From positions 566,882 to 630,881 of the forward strand of contig MU004192.1 in assembly GCA_010093605.1 (NCBI GenBank): a DNA stretch of 64,000 bases, in the 5' to 3' direction. The stretch's first letter is position 1; each line of letters begins with the position of its first letter. The translations under genes and the position numbers were made by a program. Source of the stretch: Lophium mytilinum. Taxonomy: Eukaryota. The notes under the pieces are model-generated. The model was not told the DNA's origin. It did not search any database and worked only from the letters and a program-made list of their open reading frames with translations. Below, one piece after another: positions 25,310 to 35,241 of the stretch.

Positions 25310-27052
25310 ATGCCGAGCAAAATCGAGATCGAGTCGCTACGGAGAATCAGAAGGGTGAATGTTCTCAAGTCTGCACATCCGACTCCGAACGAGGAAAAAT
25401 CTGAGGATTCACTGGAGATCTTGGTTCGACCTGAGGAGAGCACTACATATCATGACGGCTTGAAAGCCTTGACTAGGAATGACAAAGCGCTGGACGACGA
25501 ACAGAAAAAAACACTGCAAGGCAAGTTTCTTCCCAATATCAAGCGTTTCACATTTAACCAAATGGATAGAGTCTAGAGCCATGGTCCCTCCGCAGCTCTT
25601 CAGAGCCTACTCCATGAGTGGAAGTCGATCTACCAAGGGGTTCTGCGCGAACACGATCTTCCAACCCCCAACAGATCGACACCAACACCGAGATTGTCGC
25701 GACTCCATATATGACATGAACCAAGGAGAGATTACCGTAATGCTAGGGCATCACCTAGCATGGCACGACCGCAACGATGACGATTTGACGTCTTTCACTA
25801 ACTCCTTCTTGTTCGCGGTTGAGCACGCCCTGGGATCGAGGAACAAGCAGTTCGATTGTCACATCGCGGTGATCGACACAGCTAAAGCCATGACCGTGCC
25901 TACAAGGACATCCGCTGGCGGACAGCCTATCCATATACACCCAGCACTGACAGTCTATGTGGAAGCCAAGGTCGGAGCTTACGCCTTTTGGGGTAACCGC
26001 GATGGCGGGCGTCTGCACCCTCGGAAGTTTACACACGAGTTTGTCACCGTTGGGGTCGTCAAATATACGGAAATCTATCATCACATCTCCATGAACGATC
26101 TTATCAAGAAGGGCCTTTTCAAGATCTATCCTGAGTTCGACATCCCTGAAGGCTTCAAGACAACAGGATTATACACGAGGCTCATCGCTCTTCGCGAGGC
26201 ACTCTATTGCTCTTCTAAGCTAAAGTCGAAAGTCATCCCAGCGGATGTGGAATGTGCTCAAACAACATCCGATTCCCTCGAGGGCGACCTGGGGAACACT
26301 GAATGGGCGGAAGTTTCTCTGACCGTCGGCTTTCAAGAGAATGCTACAGATCCGGTTCCAGAGCAGGACTTGGAGTTTGCCGTGGATGTTTCTAAATCCA
26401 TGGCGATCCTCCAGCCAGGAGAATGTTTAGATGATGTGAAAGCGCCGCTGAACCTGGTGCTAGCCATTCTATCTCTACGATTGCGGGAACGTGGAAGCCC
26501 TCGGCTGATCAATTATATTAGAGTCAACTACGAGCGTACGTAAAAGTATACCTGATCAATGCGTTTTGCTGGACGCTCACTACCTCACCAGGTCAGGACC
26601 TCGAGAGCCTCATCTTCCCTAATATCTCTCATGTCGCAGATAATCTTCCGGAGCAGATACAATATCTCGATCTAATCAGAGACGCATGTGATGCGCTATC
26701 AGTTGAGATGATACCCGACAACATTCTTTCCTACGGCATTGGCATTGCGGGCCACGAGAAATTTCTAGAGGAGGACGAAAGACTCAAGCGTAAGAGGTCG
26801 CATAACCTGTGGAAAAAGAAAGTCGACAAGCCGAAGAAACGGAAAAAGGAGCAGACTTCGGACGAACAGCAGCTGAAACGCCAAAAATCTGACCTGGCTA
26901 CACCGGATCGAGCCGTTCGTTCTTCAGAGCTAGAGATAGAGCAGGTAGTTCAAGACGAAGCTACAAACGAAATGGCCAAAACGCCAACTTCAGAACACGA
27001 CGCTGCAGAGTTGATCGACAAGGCTTCTGAAGGTAATAATGAGAACACATGA
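25310..27052 (+). CDS. Hypothetical protein with ADP-ribosyltransferase-like motif pattern and a basic/acidic C-terminal tail (3 exons)
   Basis: ORFs 25310, 25479-26543 and 26708-27052 join through a GC-AG intron (25521-25570) and a GT-AG intron (~26537-26591). Motifs LFRAYS, HLAW, TSFTNS, IAVIDT, HEFV. NLS-like KRKR...KPKKRKK. Confidence 0.7.
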
Positions 27053-27890
27053 ACTAAATTGGAAAAGTCGTTCTGTCTCCGAGGCATATCTAGCTTCCAG
27101 CAAACGCAGGCGATCCTCAGATCACTCTGCTACTTCACCAAGATGCTTTGCAATTTGCTTAATATTTACATTTGCTTTAGTTTCCCATTTGCTTTATTCT
27201 CAGTCCAATAAACTCTCTAGCTGCACAGGCTGCGGAGTTACTAGAGTGGCACGGGGCTACTACACATTGGATGCCTAAAAATCGTGCGCTATGACTCCTT
27301 TTCTGGCCCCTCGATATGTCTCTGCTGTTACAATATCCCATATCATATTATCTAGATTGAATGCGTCAAGCCGTACAACCGTTTATTGATTGCCATTGGA
27401 GACTTGGCTGTGCCTAAAGGCTGCGCCGCGTAAATATTTCACCGTGGCGCACCCTATGTACAGCCATTTTATCGTTCACGGCTGTAGCCCAGCCGAGCCC
27501 CTCAAATTACCGACCTAACGGAAGTTCACACCCTTGCCTGGATCTGTAATTCTCCGAGTTTTTGTCTCCCAGATTGGGGCGTACAAGTACTACTTTATCG
27601 TCGAAAGCAGAACTAAATGAGTGCTCAGCCCAGTTGGTGAACCTTGTGGTTGGGTTGTGTAACGGGTACCAGCATTCGAGAAGCGTTGCAGAATCATCCC
27701 ATGTACACCCTCAGGAGGCATCAATTCAAGCCGCCAAAACGTTGTGGGATAGTAAATACGAGGTGGTGATTTTTTAAAAGCTCTTCTACTCCTCCCAGTC
27801 TTAGATCTTTTCCTCCAGCAACTAGTTCCATGTCAATTACACTCTCAGTCCCTAGCCCTTCACTTAGAGGTGTTACATTCTGATTTTAGC

Positions 27891-29978
27891 ATGTTACCGC
27901 AACCGAAGTCTCCACCTAGTTACTCCACGCTCACCCCTGAGAGCGACTCCAACTCGAAACCCTCTACTCCACTCGGCCCATTAAACGCCTCAAAAGAATG
28001 CTGCCCATCTCCTAAATCAAGATTTGGGAGTCAAATCTTGGCCTGGACCTCCGCTCTATTTACCATTGCCTTCCTTATCCTCACTGCCGTCTACGCCTCC
28101 CGCGTCACCGCAGCTTCTCATCTCCGCTTTCTTTACTCTTCCAGCTCGAATACCATATTCGTTCTCAGCGTATTATCCGGCCTTACTGGCTCGTTCCTCA
28201 CAGCCACTATTGCATCTTCGTTCGAACGTGTGCAATGGATCCTTATCTCGAGGAAGAGTGGCCTATTACTGAGCAAATACCTGAGTCTTCAAGCGGGAAC
28301 GGGGGTGCTAGGCTTGGTCACGCTGACGGTTGGAGGTGGGCATGCTTGGAGGAGTAAGGTGAGACTGTGGAGTGCGGTGAGGCTGTGTGGCATGGTGGTG
28401 GTTCCCATAGTGGGAATTTTGATCATGAGTGAGTCTGTGTTTCGTATTTCGATCATAGACGAGGTTTCTCAAACCCCTAGCTCGTCTAGAAACAACTCAT
28501 TGGTGTCTCGACTCTGCGAATCAGTCGAAATCACTATCAGAGCTGACAGTTTATTAGGCAATGTGAACACTCGAATGGTATTCGATGTCCTCGAGGAAGC
28601 CCGCGCCTCTCGCGGCTGGGGCATGAGTCTTTACAATGCTTCTCTGGCTAAAAATGTCTCAGCCATCGCCGACCAGCTTGTCCAAGCAGATTTAGCAATG
28701 TTTCTCTCTGAAAGAAGCCGTTCAGTTGACATTACGCCTATGAAACTACGGTCGATTCCTTGCTCTCACTTTCCTGGAACACCAAATACGCAAAACTGCA
28801 GACGCTCCTACTTCGTTCCCGGTGGCGTGGAATTAGCTGCTGCACCAACAGATAACGGGTCGAACCATAACAAGACCGATGTGATTCTGGCAAAGAGCCA
28901 ACGGGGCTACATTTTCGATTTCGTAGAGGGACCTACGATCAACGAAGAGTGGCATTTCGACACAGACACCGACTGTGAAGTGTATGGCTTCCCGTTCGGG
29001 GCGTTCTATCTGTGCCTCAAGAATCCGGCCAACAACACTCTTAATGCCAGTAAGTTCCTTGATATGCAGATGTCAGTCTTCCGAGCTGAACATAACCCCG
29101 CAGGAATCGTCCACTGCCCCAACGACATCTCCACCCTCTCCTCCTGCCACACCAACAAAACCTGGCACGCCCGCCCCGGCTGGACCACCTCCCTAACCAC
29201 CACCTTCCGCGCCGCCGACGTCGCCTACAGCAAAACCAACGGCACCATCCTCTCGCACACCTTCACCTCCCCCGCCCTCGCCGCCCCCGTCTCCGCCCCC
29301 GAAATGCTCGCCGGCTACCGCTCCGCCTTCTCCTCCTTCCCGGACCTCGCCGCCCTCCTAAACCTCTTCGCCGACTCCGCCGCCACAAACCTCTTCTCAC
29401 TGTACGTCTACCCCGCCATGATCTGGGCGAACCTCAAGAGCGTCGAAGCCCTGGGCCCGCAGAACCCGGCCGTCGTCACCCGTGCGCAGGACACGCTGCA
29501 GTGCTTGCTGGCGATTATGCTGTTCTACTGCCAGCCGGCGCTGTTTGCGCGGGCGCTGGCGCAGTATGCGGAGAACGCGACGCTGGGGGAGGCGTTCCCG
29601 GCGCTGAGGGTGTTTGCGCAGGAGCTGGTGAGGGAGAGTCCGCCAGATACGGAGGTTGTTGTGGCGGTGACGCGGTATCAGTTGCAGGTTGGGCGCGCGA
29701 CGTTGGTGGCGTATGTGGTGATTTGTGGGACGGCGTTGGGGGTGTGCTTGGTTGCGCTTGGGTGGGCGGGATGGGTCGAGGGGATGGGGAAGGTGAGGGT
29801 GCCGGAGACGAGCCATTTCCCGGCGTGGGATGAGAGGGTTAGGTGCAGGGTGGAGTCTGTACCGGATGGAAGTGGTGGAGGAGATGGAGAAGGTAGAAGT
29901 ATTGGAAAAGGGTTAATTAGGACTGCGGAAGGGCTGAGAATAGTGCTTGAGAAGGAAAGAGGTGGACAGGAGAAATAG
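27891..29978 (+). CDS. Uncharacterised multi-pass membrane protein with glycosylated Cys-containing lumenal region
   Basis: Long ORF with several N-terminal hydrophobic helices, many N-x-S/T sites and a C-terminal TM helix. Probable in-frame introns (gtgagt ~28429, gtaagt ~29050). Confidence 0.7.
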   Translation: MLPQPKSPPSYSTLTPESDSNSKPSTPLGPLNASKECCPSPKSRFGSQILAWTSALFTIAFLILTAVYASRVTAASHLRFLYSSSSNTIFVLSVLSGLTGSFLTATIASSFERVQWILISRKSGLLLSKYLSLQAGTGVLGLVTLTVGGGHAWRSKVRLWSAVRLCGMVVVPIVGILIMSESVFRISIIDEVSQTPSSSRNNSLVSRLCESVEITIRADSLLGNVNTRMVFDVLEEARASRGWGMSLYNASLAKNVSAIADQLVQADLAMFLSERSRSVDITPMKLRSIPCSHFPGTPNTQNCRRSYFVPGGVELAAAPTDNGSNHNKTDVILAKSQRGYIFDFVEGPTINEEWHFDTDTDCEVYGFPFGAFYLCLKNPANNTLNASKFLDMQMSVFRAEHNPAGIVHCPNDISTLSSCHTNKTWHARPGWTTSLTTTFRAADVAYSKTNGTILSHTFTSPALAAPVSAPEMLAGYRSAFSSFPDLAALLNLFADSAATNLFSLYVYPAMIWANLKSVEALGPQNPAVVTRAQDTLQCLLAIMLFYCQPALFARALAQYAENATLGEAFPALRVFAQELVRESPPDTEVVVAVTRYQLQVGRATLVAYVVICGTALGVCLVALGWAGWVEGMGKVRVPETSHFPAWDERVRCRVESVPDGSGGGDGEGRSIGKGLIRTAEGLRIVLEKERGGQEK

Positions 29979-30362
29979 GGAAAGAGACCGGCATAGTTTA
30001 CTTGAGGATGCTTTGAGACTAAACGTGTACGAATATCTTAAGCAGTCAATTGAAGCTTCGTTATAGGAGTCGGACATCTTTGCTTGATATTAAGATTTAC
30101 TTCGTATCTTTAAGCCGAATTAGGATAACTTCAATGACTCCTATGATGTATCCTTTTTAAGCCCTTTGAAAAAACGTACAAATAAACATGTCGCTTGAGC
30201 AGTCGGTCTGGCATACTCGAACTTACTTTTGATACACAAGGTACTTGATATCCAGTCCAGGTTAGCCCTGCATGAAGTGATCGTCGTCTCCGGCGTCATC
30301 TTCAACAGCTCCACCTCTGAACCAGCTCCAGTTATCCAATACTAATTCGAAACATCACAACA

Positions 30363-31163
30363 ATGTCTTTCCACTACAACAAGATTCTCGTTATCGGCGC
30401 AACATCCGGCATCGGCGAAGCCTACGCCGAAAAGCTCATCCAAGACGGCAAACAAGTAATCGTAGTCGGCCGGCGAAAGGACCGACTGGACCCCTTCGTC
30501 TCCAAGCACGGCAAGGAGCACGTCGAAGCCATCCAATTCGACATCAAACTGCTCAACCAGATCCCAAAGTTCGCTCTGGACGTCACGAGCACGCACCCGG
30601 ACTTGGACTGTGTGCTGCTAAACGCAGGCATACAGCGCGCATTTGACTTCTCGAAACCCGAGACAGTAGATCTTTCAATCTTGGATGAAGAAACGCTCAC
30701 GAATTACACGGCGTTCATCCATTTGACGCTGGCATTTATCCCGCATCTGCAGAAGCAGCCGGGGAATACGAGTTTGATCTATACGTCGTCTGGGCTTGCG
30801 CTTGTTCCGGTTGCGCGGTTCTTGAATTACTCGGCGTCGAAGGCGGCGCTGCACCACTTCTTGCTCTGTCTCCGTGAGCAGCTTGCTGATGGACCGGGAA
30901 GGGTTAAGGTTATTGAGATCTTCCCTCCGGCGGTTCAGACGGAGCTGCACGATAAGAATCACCAGCCCGATATCAAGGGCGGACGGGCGATAGGGATGCC
31001 GTTAGATGAGTTTGTGGAGGAGTCTTGGGCGAAGCTGGTGCGTGGTGACGATCAGATTGCGGTTGGAATGGCAGAGGCTGCTTTCAATGGGTTTGAAGAC
31101 TTGAGGCAGGGTACCTTCTTCAAGATCCACGATATGATCAAGGGGATTCAGCGTCCGACCTAG
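30363..31163 (+). CDS. Short-chain dehydrogenase/reductase (DltE-like)
   Basis: IGATSGIG, NAGIQ, SSGLA, catalytic YSASKAALH and IEIFPPAVQTELH. Intronless. Confidence 0.92.
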   Translation: MSFHYNKILVIGATSGIGEAYAEKLIQDGKQVIVVGRRKDRLDPFVSKHGKEHVEAIQFDIKLLNQIPKFALDVTSTHPDLDCVLLNAGIQRAFDFSKPETVDLSILDEETLTNYTAFIHLTLAFIPHLQKQPGNTSLIYTSSGLALVPVARFLNYSASKAALHHFLLCLREQLADGPGRVKVIEIFPPAVQTELHDKNHQPDIKGGRAIGMPLDEFVEESWAKLVRGDDQIAVGMAEAAFNGFEDLRQGTFFKIHDMIKGIQRPT

Positions 31164-31864
31164 ATGTTTGATGGTGTTGAAAGAGGAGTCGGTTCACCCA
31201 ACTGGCGAGGAAGTTCCTTAAAGCTTGCATTTGCAAGGACGTGCCTTTTCTTCCTCTCCTAACATCTCATGATGTTCTAATGATTACTAAATCTCGTGGG
31301 ACTAAGGATATCAGAGGACTGATATCGAGACGGATACTGGTGATCCTCCGAATGTACTCCGTAGATGAATGTAGTGTCCAATAATATGAACCTCTCAACC
31401 TTGTAATCCAATCAAGAGAGACGGAGTCGTAGTCTAGGCTGATCTTGCATGGAAAACCCTGTACAAGATGCGGCTGAGTATCTGTTTTTCGTGGGTGGTT
31501 GTAAAGTACGTGGACGTCGCCGTCTGGGTAATGCAGCAGTTCATCTAGCAATGGATCCGATTCTCTCTCATATTTCCGATAATGTGTCGAGGGGCCCTTT
31601 ACAGCAGCAAGCAATTGTCCACAGTCGCCGAGTATTTCTTTGTTGATAGATGGCTATCTGTCTCAAAGTGGAGAAACATTTTGCACAACCTCGATGCAGG
31701 GGCGCAGCCAGCAGCGCATCCCAATCTCTCCACCTCCGAAACCGCGTTGACGACGCGCCACCTCTACACTGCCGCAGCCGCACCACCTCCAACCACCTTA
31801 CACTCGCTCTTAGACTCTGTTGCCACCCTACATTGTCCCTCGAATTAACTCCGAAGCTATCAAC

Positions 31865-32652
31865 ATGGCCAACGCATTCAACTCCGCCATAGCCAAGAGG
31901 TCGTTGCGTACTATCCAGACTGTATGAGAACTATCTTTAGCACCCTCTCGGAAAATATCGAGAAGATCCTAACCTTTCTACAGGAGCTAGAGTTCCTTGT
32001 CGACTCTGATGTAATCACCAAAGATCAGTTCACGACTATCGTGAACCAGCTTCCCCTCGAAAACACCCGCGCTCAAAATTCTGCCACCCCAGTCAACTCT
32101 ATGGCCGCCCTCGCCATCCAGCAGCCGCCACAGCAACAGCAGACTCAACAACAACCGCAACACCAAGACGAGAAGAAGCAGAAGATTGGATACTACGCCG
32201 ACAACAACCCAGCGCCGCCCGCGTACCCCGCCGCCCCGCTAGCTCCAGCAGTTCTCACGACCGCTACTGCCCTCTACCAATACAACGCCCAAGATGCGGG
32301 CGACCTGGCTCTCATGCCCAACGACAGCATCGCCGTCACCGAATACATGAACGCTGAATGGTGGAAAGGAAAGAATGAGAGGACCGGCCATGAGGGCATC
32401 TTCCCCAGCAGCTATGTCAAGGCTGTTGAGTCGAAGGGGGCTGCCTACAATGCAGTGCAACCATACCAGCAGCCCCAGCCCTCCAGCTACGGTAATATGC
32501 CCGTGGATGTGAGCCAAGGCGCCGGCGGCCAGCCCGCTCCATCCGGAAAGGGCGCAGAGATGGGAAAGAAGTTTGGAAAAAAGCTAGGCAATGCCGCTGT
32601 TTTCGGCGCTGGCGCGACTATTGGTTCGAACATCGTCAATGGCATTTTCTAG
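31865..32652 (+). CDS. SH3-domain protein, Pin3/Lsb1 family
   Basis: ATG 31865, intron 31922-31983. SH3 motifs ALYQY...DL...EWWKG...GIFPSSYV, a Q-rich linker, and the family-typical C-terminus GKKLGNAAVFGAGATIGSNIVNGIF. Confidence 0.88.
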
Positions 32653-33174
32653 GTTTCCTCATGGAGCTGATGACTTTCCAGTTCATAGCTATCACTACAT
32701 GGTTAGGGCGGCGTTCTTGGGTCGGATTTCTTTGGCTTTCATTCTCTTGCGTCCTTTCTCATAATCAAATACCGAAATGGCATCAACATCTGTGGCAGCT
32801 TTATGCCAAACAACAGTCTATTTCTCCATTCCGTCATCCAATATCACAGACCTCGTTATTCGTGATACAAGGTGGGTCAGAAGACCATTAGCACAGTCCA
32901 TGTCCGAGCGTCATCATCTTTCTCATACGTGGCAGAGTGCATGGACATGTATCGTCGCAGCGTGTCGAACGTCTTCTGGCTCTCGTGAAGCGGTCAACGT
33001 CTTTAGCGCCGAGGATAGCCGTTGACTTGCTGGACTTGTGAAGCGGTGCATCTGGGCGATAATTAATAGTCGCAAGTAATGAAACGCTCCTACAATGTAT
33101 GCACCTACTTCAAACGTCCAAACTGTCAACAAGATTCTCACATCTAAGTAAGGTCTACTTCTGCAGCCCCAACA

Positions 33175-34845
33175 ATGCCTAGTACCATCGATGTCGACAT
33201 TCCAACGTCGACGCTGGATTTCCAGCCCGCGAATGCTCCACAGATCGAGAGGATCAACGTATGGCTGGAAAACAGTCCAAGCCTGACTGGTTCAACTTTC
33301 GGTCCTGAATCACCGCGTTCAATCAACCGCATCAACCAGCGTCAGAACAGATCGTGGCAGGGCTATCAGGAAGATCGAATACAGCAAGTTCAAGATGTCA
33401 GAAGTCCTGGCTTGACCTCGGTGCAGTCGCCTATCAGCAAGACAAGCGACTCTAAAGGATGGACTGACATCGAAACTGGCATAGCTGGAACTAGGAACAC
33501 TACATCAGGGCCGCCCGCTCCTCACACCGAGCGCCGGGTAAGCATGCCAGAGCTCTTATCCATTCAAGTGGCTAGCTAGCTGACGAGATTTCTCAGAGCT
33601 GGAAACACATCCTCGCCGGCATGGCAGTACTCTTCAACTGCTGGGGCGTCAATCTTGCGTACGGTGTCTTCCAAGAATACTACGTGAACTGGATGCTCTG
33701 GGGCATGTCTCAAGGACAAGTGGCCTGGGTCGGCTCCACTCAGCTCGGTTTCATTTTCCTACTTGCCATGCCCGTCGGCAAAGCTTTCGATCTCGGATAT
33801 TTTAGAACTTGCTTCTTTAGCGGTGCAATCCTCCTAGTAGGCGGGCAGCTATCCCTTTCCGCCTGCACGAATTGGCGGGGGATCTTCCTCACACAAGGCG
33901 TGGTGATGGGGGCCGGATCAGGCTTGATGTTCGTGTCAGGCATACTCTACATCAGTAGCTTCTACGGTGACAAGCTAGACATAGTGATGTCGATGATTTC
34001 CCTCGGAGCACCCCTCGGCGGCATCGTATACACGGTCATCGCGCAACAGCTACTTCGGTACAGCACCTTCAAGACCACATGCTGGGTCTTCGGTGGCATA
34101 ATGACCGGGACCATGATACCAGCGTTCTTCGCCTTCCTAGAGAAGCCGAATCAGAAGGGAAAGCCGAAGCAGATCGTCGACTTGGGCATCTTCGGCGAGC
34201 CGGCTTATATGCTCATGTGCTTGGGCATGGCTTTCAGTTTCTGGGGATTGTACATAGGTTTCTATTTCGTAAGTCCCTCATCCCCACCCTTTACCCCTCG
34301 CGTTATCTCCTCGTCTAACACTCCCAAAGATCATCATCTACGCCATCGACGTCCTAAGCATGTACCCCCTCGAAGCCGCGAACTTCCTCACCGCCATGCT
34401 CGGCGTCGGCATCGTCGGCCGCCTCTTCGCCATGGTCATCTCCCGCGACCTCCTCGGGCCCCTGACCACCCTCATCTTCTTCACGGCTATGAGCGCGGCC
34501 GTCGCGAACCTCTGGATGAACGTCGGCAAGAAGTGGGAGCTCTACTTCGTCGGCTGTCTCTACGGACTGGTTTCTGCCGGCGTGCAAGGCCTCTTCATCC
34601 AGACGATATCGGCGTTTATCGAGAAGACGAGCCCCACGCGCGGGTTTAGAATAGGGGTGGTGCTGACGGCGATTGGGATAGGGGCGCTGACGGGCGCGCC
34701 GTTGGGCGGGTGGTTGGCGGGGATTCAGGGGCCGTTTCCGTTTTGCTGGACGCAGGTGTTTGCGGTGGTGGTTATGTATGCGGGGCTTTTCTGTTTTTTG
34801 GGGGCGAGGTATTTGAAGGTTGGGTGGTCGATGGAGCAGATTTAA
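33175..34845 (+). CDS. MFS transporter, monocarboxylate (MCT/Mch) family, 3 exons
   Basis: FNCWGVNLAYGVFQEYY, AWVGSTQ, GKAFDLGY, QGVVMGAGSG, IVGRL and ALTGAPLGG motifs with many TM helices. Confidence 0.9.
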
Positions 34846-35241
34846 GAGGGTGGTTGCTTTGGTTTGGGGAGACAAGCTGCGACAGATCTGGGGTTGTCTT
34901 TTTGCATATGCATATAAATCTATCGGGAGCTTTGGGGAGGTGGCTCTAAGATACTCACACAATTTAGGATTCCGCAAAAGCTCAATGTTATGAGTAGCTT
35001 TGACATATAGGTATCATCTACCTAGCTAAAGCCCAGGGCCTTAAACGATGGCAAACAAGCGTACGCGAGCGCAGAGAATGCATTGAAGCAACCTAACAGT
35101 ACCAAACAAGCGTATACAAGCAGCTTGGAAAGTGTGCGCCTATAGACTGTCCCCTTCTCTCACCCATATCTGAGCACTTCCTTAAGATACCCCAGGGTTC
35201 TAATCGCCAGCAAGAAGTCCTATGTACGAGGTCCTTCCTGA

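Noticed and set aside
31267..31614. 115-aa minus-strand ORF between the SDR and SH3 genes
   Set aside because: It has a non-ATG start and no recognisable motif. It could be a gene relic but this is unsupported.
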